NCBI GenBank assembly: GCA_963724295.1
Contig: CAVRUC010000013.1
Span: forward strand, 32,001 to 96,000
DNA: 64,000 nt
Source: an uncultured Chloroflexia bacterium
GTDB taxonomy: Bacteria; Chloroflexota; Chloroflexia; Thermomicrobiales; UBA6265
Direction of reading: 5' to 3'
The position numbers and the translations under genes are program-made. The notes beneath the pieces are model-generated. The model was not told the DNA's origin and did not search any database. It was given only the letters and a program-made list of their open reading frames with translations. The stretch's first letter is position 1. Every line of letters begins with the position of its first letter. Shown here in pieces: positions 60,233 through 64,000 of this stretch.

Positions 60233-61666
60233 ATGACAAAGATCGCGTTCATTGGCGCCGGCAGCACCGTCTTCGCGCGGAACCTGTTGCAGGACCTCTT
60301 TACCTTTCCGGACCTGCACGGCTCGACGATCGCCTTGATGGACATCGATCCGGGGCGGCTGGCCGACACCGAGGCGGTGGCCAAGCTGCTGGCGCAGTCG
60401 GCGCGCGCTAACCCGACCATCGAGGCGACGACGGACCTGCGCGCCGCCCTCGATGGAGCCGACTACGCGATCAATATGATTCAGGTCGGCGGCTACCGGC
60501 CCTCGACGGTGATCGACTTCGAGATCCCGAAGCGCTACGGCCTGCGCCAGACCATCGGCGACACCCTCGGCATCGGCGGCATCATGCGCGCCCTGCGTAC
60601 CATCCCGGTGATGCTCGACTTTGCGCGGACGATGGAGGAGGTCTGCCCGGACGTCCTCTTCCTCAACTACACGAACCCCATGGCGATGCTCTGCATGGCC
60701 ATGAACCGGGCCACGGCGATCAAGACGGTTGGCCTCTGCCACAGCGTGCACAACACGGCTGAAGACATCGCCAACTGGCTTGGCGTGTCCTTCGACGAGG
60801 TCAACTTCGTCTGCGCTGGGATCAATCATGTCGCCTTCATGCTCCGCTACGAGCGTGACGGCGAGGACCTCTACCCAGCGCTGCGACAGTTCGCCGCCGA
60901 GCACCGCGAGCCGGCCTGGGAGCGGGTGCGCTTCGAGTTGTTGCGCCGCTTCGGCTACTTCGTCACCGAGTCGAGCGAGCACTTTTCGGAATATGTGCCC
61001 TGGTTCATCAAACCGGGCCGCGACGACCTCATCCAGAAGTACAACATCCCGCTTGACGAGTATCCGGCCCGCTGCGAAGACCAGATCGCCGATTGGGCCG
61101 ACTTCCGCGCCGCTCTCACCTCCGCCGACCCGGAGGCGATGACCCGCTACCGGGAGGCGCGACAGGATCGCCTGCATGGGATGGACGCGAGGCGCATCGC
61201 CATGGTCGAGAAGGAAGATCCCGCCCTGGCCGCTTCAATGCGCGCGGAAGCCCTCGCGGAACAGCACGAAGAGGAGAACGGCCATTCTGGCGAGTACGGA
61301 ACGTTGATCATCCACAGCGCGGAGACCGGCCAGGAACGGGTCGTCTACGGCAACGTCGAGAACTGGAATTCGATCACCAACCTACCGGCGAGCTGCACGG
61401 TCGAAGTGCCGTGCCTCGTCGACCGCAACGGCGTGCAGCCGACGCTAGTGGGCACGCTCCCGCCGCAACTAGCGGCACTGATGCAAACCAATATCAATGT
61501 CCAGGAGCTGACGGTCACGGCATCGCTCACTGGGAAACGAGAGCACGTCTACCAGGCGGCGATGCTCGATCCACACACCGCGGCGGAGCTCGATCCCGAG
61601 CAGATCTGCGCCCTCGTCGACGACCTCCTCGAGGCCCACGGGAGCATGATTCCGGAGATGGTGTGA
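60233..61666 (+). CDS. Family 4 glycoside hydrolase (closest to MelA alpha-galactosidase), paralogue 3
   Basis: KIAFIGAGSTVF, IQVGGY.P.T..DF..PK.YGL.QTI.DTLG.GGIMR.LRTIP, GLCHSV, FVTESSEHFSEY.PWFIK, DPHTAA.L. Confidence 0.94.
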   Translation: MTKIAFIGAGSTVFARNLLQDLFTFPDLHGSTIALMDIDPGRLADTEAVAKLLAQSARANPTIEATTDLRAALDGADYAINMIQVGGYRPSTVIDFEIPKRYGLRQTIGDTLGIGGIMRALRTIPVMLDFARTMEEVCPDVLFLNYTNPMAMLCMAMNRATAIKTVGLCHSVHNTAEDIANWLGVSFDEVNFVCAGINHVAFMLRYERDGEDLYPALRQFAAEHREPAWERVRFELLRRFGYFVTESSEHFSEYVPWFIKPGRDDLIQKYNIPLDEYPARCEDQIADWADFRAALTSADPEAMTRYREARQDRLHGMDARRIAMVEKEDPALAASMRAEALAEQHEEENGHSGEYGTLIIHSAETGQERVVYGNVENWNSITNLPASCTVEVPCLVDRNGVQPTLVGTLPPQLAALMQTNINVQELTVTASLTGKREHVYQAAMLDPHTAAELDPEQICALVDDLLEAHGSMIPEMV

Positions 61667-61716
61667 GACGGAGACATGGAGACGGGGGCGGCTGTCTGCT
61701 GTTAGCTGTTGGCTAC
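61664..61716. repeat. Short tandem arrays (GAGAC units, then GCTGTYN 7-mers) right after the GH4 stop codon
   Basis: gagacg gagacatg gagacggg; gctgtct gctgtta gctgttg gcta. Confidence 0.65.
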
Positions 61717-61888
61717 TAGAGCCCGTCGTCATTTGAGCCAAGCCAGGGCGCAGACGAGGTGACCGCCTGCGAGGAAGTTTCCGGACCTGGGCCTGCGCTA
61801 CGTCGTGAATGTGTCCGCCGGTGAGGCTCACCGCGCCCGATTATGAGAGAACGTCCTATCGAACCTCGATCGGCGGTACGCTTACGCA

Positions 61889-62449
61889 ATGCGACCCCTT
61901 CGGTATTCCATCAACGTCACTTTGGACGGGTGCTGCGATCACCGTGCAGGAGTCGTGGACGAAGACTTGCATCGTCACGCGGCCGAGAACATCGCGCAGG
62001 CCGATGCCCTCCTCTTTGGCCGGGTAACCTACGAAATGATGGAGGCAGCGTGGCGGCCGGCGGGGACGGGAGTGTGGCCCGATTGGATGGCCGATTGGAT
62101 GGAACCCTTCGCCCGGACGATCGACGCGGCGAAGAAGTACGTCGTGTCGAGCACCCTGGACCGGGTTGATTGGAACGCGGAGCTCGTGCGCGGGGATCAT
62201 CTGGGAGAGGCCGTTCAGCAGCTGAAGCGGGAGCCGGGTAAGGGATTGTTCGTGGGAGGCGTGACGCTCCCGCTGGCGTTGGCGGAGCTGGGATTGATCG
62301 ACGAGTACGAGATCGTGGTGCACCCCAGGCTGGTGGGTCACGGGCCGACGTTGTTCGCGGGCCTCTCGAAGCCTGTCGACTTGAAGCTCGTGAGCCGGCT
62401 GGAGTTCGGCTCGGGGGCGGTGGCGATGCGGTATGAGCCTCGAAGGTAG
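61889..62449 (+). CDS. Dihydrofolate reductase / RibD C-terminal family protein
   Basis: TLDG, LLFGR.TYE, K.V.S.TL, LK...G....GG..L, LIDEY...V.P...G.G..LF. Confidence 0.9.
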   Translation: MRPLRYSINVTLDGCCDHRAGVVDEDLHRHAAENIAQADALLFGRVTYEMMEAAWRPAGTGVWPDWMADWMEPFARTIDAAKKYVVSSTLDRVDWNAELVRGDHLGEAVQQLKREPGKGLFVGGVTLPLALAELGLIDEYEIVVHPRLVGHGPTLFAGLSKPVDLKLVSRLEFGSGAVAMRYEPRR

Positions 62450-62552
62450 CCATCGGGCTTGTTCCCCCCGAGTCGGCCGCATCATGGAGCAACTCGAGCC
62501 AATCCCGCGAATCCGCTAGTTGACGACACGTCCTCGTCTATTTTCGTCCTGA

Positions 62553-62733
62553 CCGACTTACCGTCTCGCCGTCTCGCCGTCTGCGTCTCGTAGCCTTCGG
62601 AATCTTCGGAACCTTCGGAATCTTCGCCCTTGGCAAGCCCCGCCTCCACCCCTCCCGACCAGAGGGTCAGACAGCCAGGACAAGCGCAACCTGATAGCCC
62701 ATCACCTATCACCCATAACCCGTCACCCGGTCA
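62553..62733. repeat. Cluster of short tandem arrays (CCGTCTCG 8-mers, CTTCGGAAY 9-mers, CCYRTCA 7-mers) downstream of the serine hydrolase stop
   Basis: ccgactta ccgtctcg ccgtctcg ccgtctgc; cttcggaat cttcggaac cttcggaat cttcg; cccatca cctatca cccataa cccgtca. Confidence 0.8.
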
Positions 62734-63666
62734 CAGTCCTGCCTGGGAGAAGAGCGTCTCGACATACGGTGAGGGAAAGACGGCAGTTTCTGGATCCCAC
62801 GCTCCTGGCCACCAATACTCGACCAGCACCCGGCCGATCAGGGCGTTGACGATGTCACCCGGGTGCTCCTGCCGATAGGTGGCGTCCGCGCCCGCGTCGT
62901 TGACGACGCTATAGGCGATCCGCACGTCCGGATCGATCGTGATCAAGCCCGTGTCCGCGCGCAGGCCATTGATAAATCCTGTCTTGTTGCCAACTCTGAT
63001 CGGCTGCGGCAGCCCGAAATCGCCCGCGTAAGGCCGATAGGCGATGAAGCGAGGCGCTTGCTCCAGATGGCGCTGCCGGCCCAGGATGGCGATCATCGCC
63101 CGCGACGCCGCCGCGGAGACCAGTTCCTCGCGTGCCAGCATCGCCACCAGTCGCATCAGGTCCCGCGGCGTCGCCTCGGCCAGGCTGCCGTTCGAGGTGA
63201 TCTCGCCGAACACGATGCGCCGGTGGACGACGATCGAAGAAAATCCCAGGTCACCCATCGTCGCGTTCACCTGCTGTGGACCACCGACGCGGTCGAGCAG
63301 CAGGTTCGTGGCGCTGTTGTCGCTGACGATGACCATCATCATCGCCAGGTCGCGTAGCGTGGGCTGCAAGCCGGGTCCGAAATCACGCAGGATGCCGGAG
63401 CCCATGACCACGTCCTCGGCGCCCAGGGTGACGCGCTCGTCGAGATCGAGAGCGCCCTCTTCCGCCTGTCGGAACACCTCGACCAGCAAGGGCAGCTTGA
63501 AGACGCTCGCCGTCGGCATCGATCGCTCCGCGTTTCGCGCGACCTCCTCGCCGGTGGTCAGATTCATCGCGGCGAGGGCGACCTCACCACCTGCCTGGGC
63601 CACAATGGCGTCGAGCGCCCGCTCCGCCTGCGCCCGTGTGCCGATCCTCTTCACGTCCACGCTCAC
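62731..63666 (-). CDS. Class A beta-lactamase-like serine hydrolase, no signal peptide
   Basis: ASVFK (SxxK), SDN, KTG motifs; GTG 63666 with GAGGGG RBS. Confidence 0.88.
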   Translation of the reverse strand: MSVDVKRIGTRAQAERALDAIVAQAGGEVALAAMNLTTGEEVARNAERSMPTASVFKLPLLVEVFRQAEEGALDLDERVTLGAEDVVMGSGILRDFGPGLQPTLRDLAMMMVIVSDNSATNLLLDRVGGPQQVNATMGDLGFSSIVVHRRIVFGEITSNGSLAEATPRDLMRLVAMLAREELVSAAASRAMIAILGRQRHLEQAPRFIAYRPYAGDFGLPQPIRVGNKTGFINGLRADTGLITIDPDVRIAYSVVNDAGADATYRQEHPGDIVNALIGRVLVEYWWPGAWDPETAVFPSPYVETLFSQAGL

Positions 63667-63777
63667 CCCGTGCCCTTCCCCTCGAATCACTCCACTGACG
63701 GTGTACGCCGGTCATAATCTCTGCACGAGGCAGATGGTCGATGATCGGCGCGGTCGATCGTTTCCTGGGGAGGCATC

Positions 63778-64000
63778 ATGGATTATGCGGCGCTGGCGCG
63801 CGAATCGCTCGAGCGGGTTGCTGCGAGCAAACCCCTTATTCACCAGATCACCAATGTGGTCGTCACGAATGACTCGGCCAACCTCACCCTGGCCTTCGGC
63901 GCACTCCCGGTCATGGCCTACGCGCCGCAGGAGGTAGCCGAGATGGCGGCCATCTCTCAGGCTTTGGTGCTCAATATCGGCACCCTGTCCGAGGAGGAGA
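63778..64000 (+). CDS. thiM: Hydroxyethylthiazole kinase, 5' part (truncated by the window)
   Basis: Manual translation [47 protein letters not shown]...[16 protein letters not shown]. Confidence 0.92.
   Translation, partial: MDYAALARESLERVAASKPLIHQITNVVVTNDSANLTLAFGALPVMAYAPQEVAEMAAISQALVLNIGTLSEEE

Noticed and set aside
61889..62449. dfrA/folA trimethoprim-type DHFR
   Set aside because: It lacks the IG...LPW...D folA signature and fits the RibD C-terminal-like family.
62731..63666. Functional class A beta-lactamase resistance gene
   Set aside because: No signal peptide and no recognisable omega-loop ExxLN (Glu166) motif; more likely a related serine hydrolase.
63667..63777. TPP riboswitch upstream of thiM
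   Set aside because: The short divergent gap shows no GCTGAGA or other TPP aptamer core.

Overview
GC-rich bacterial chromosomal segment with about 55 genes. I found no rRNA, tRNA, CRISPR array, prophage or transposase. The gene content, a GAAC-N4-GTTC-type SOS box at recA and 'AQE/AQD-x-T/S-P' mature N-termini suggest Chloroflexota, possibly Thermomicrobiales (inference only). Housekeeping genes are recA, aroA, thiM (partial), a tandem-domain ThyX-like protein, a gpsA-like gene, a rhodanese and a beta-carbonic anhydrase. There are many peptidases and hydrolases (M20, M13, S9, HtrA, NlpC/P60, HDAC), a VapBC module, a polar amino-acid ABC operon, and a carbohydrate locus with three GH4 paralogues, a PhyH dioxygenase and an amidohydrolase. 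About ten single-base insertions break otherwise intact genes, including aroA, so they are most likely assembly errors. The most notable unexplained structure is a family of 7-9-nt tandem-repeat arrays at gene boundaries. They form inverted G-rich/C-rich pairs, once enclosing a four-helix-bundle (TIGR02436/Avd-like) gene and twice enclosing no gene. Other points of interest are an orphan Pycsar-type membrane effector, an acyltransferase-PHP fusion next to DedA, a long structured leader before a Trp-repeat NlpC/P60 protein, and the triple-GH4 pathway. All family assignments come from motif recognition by eye, not database searches.
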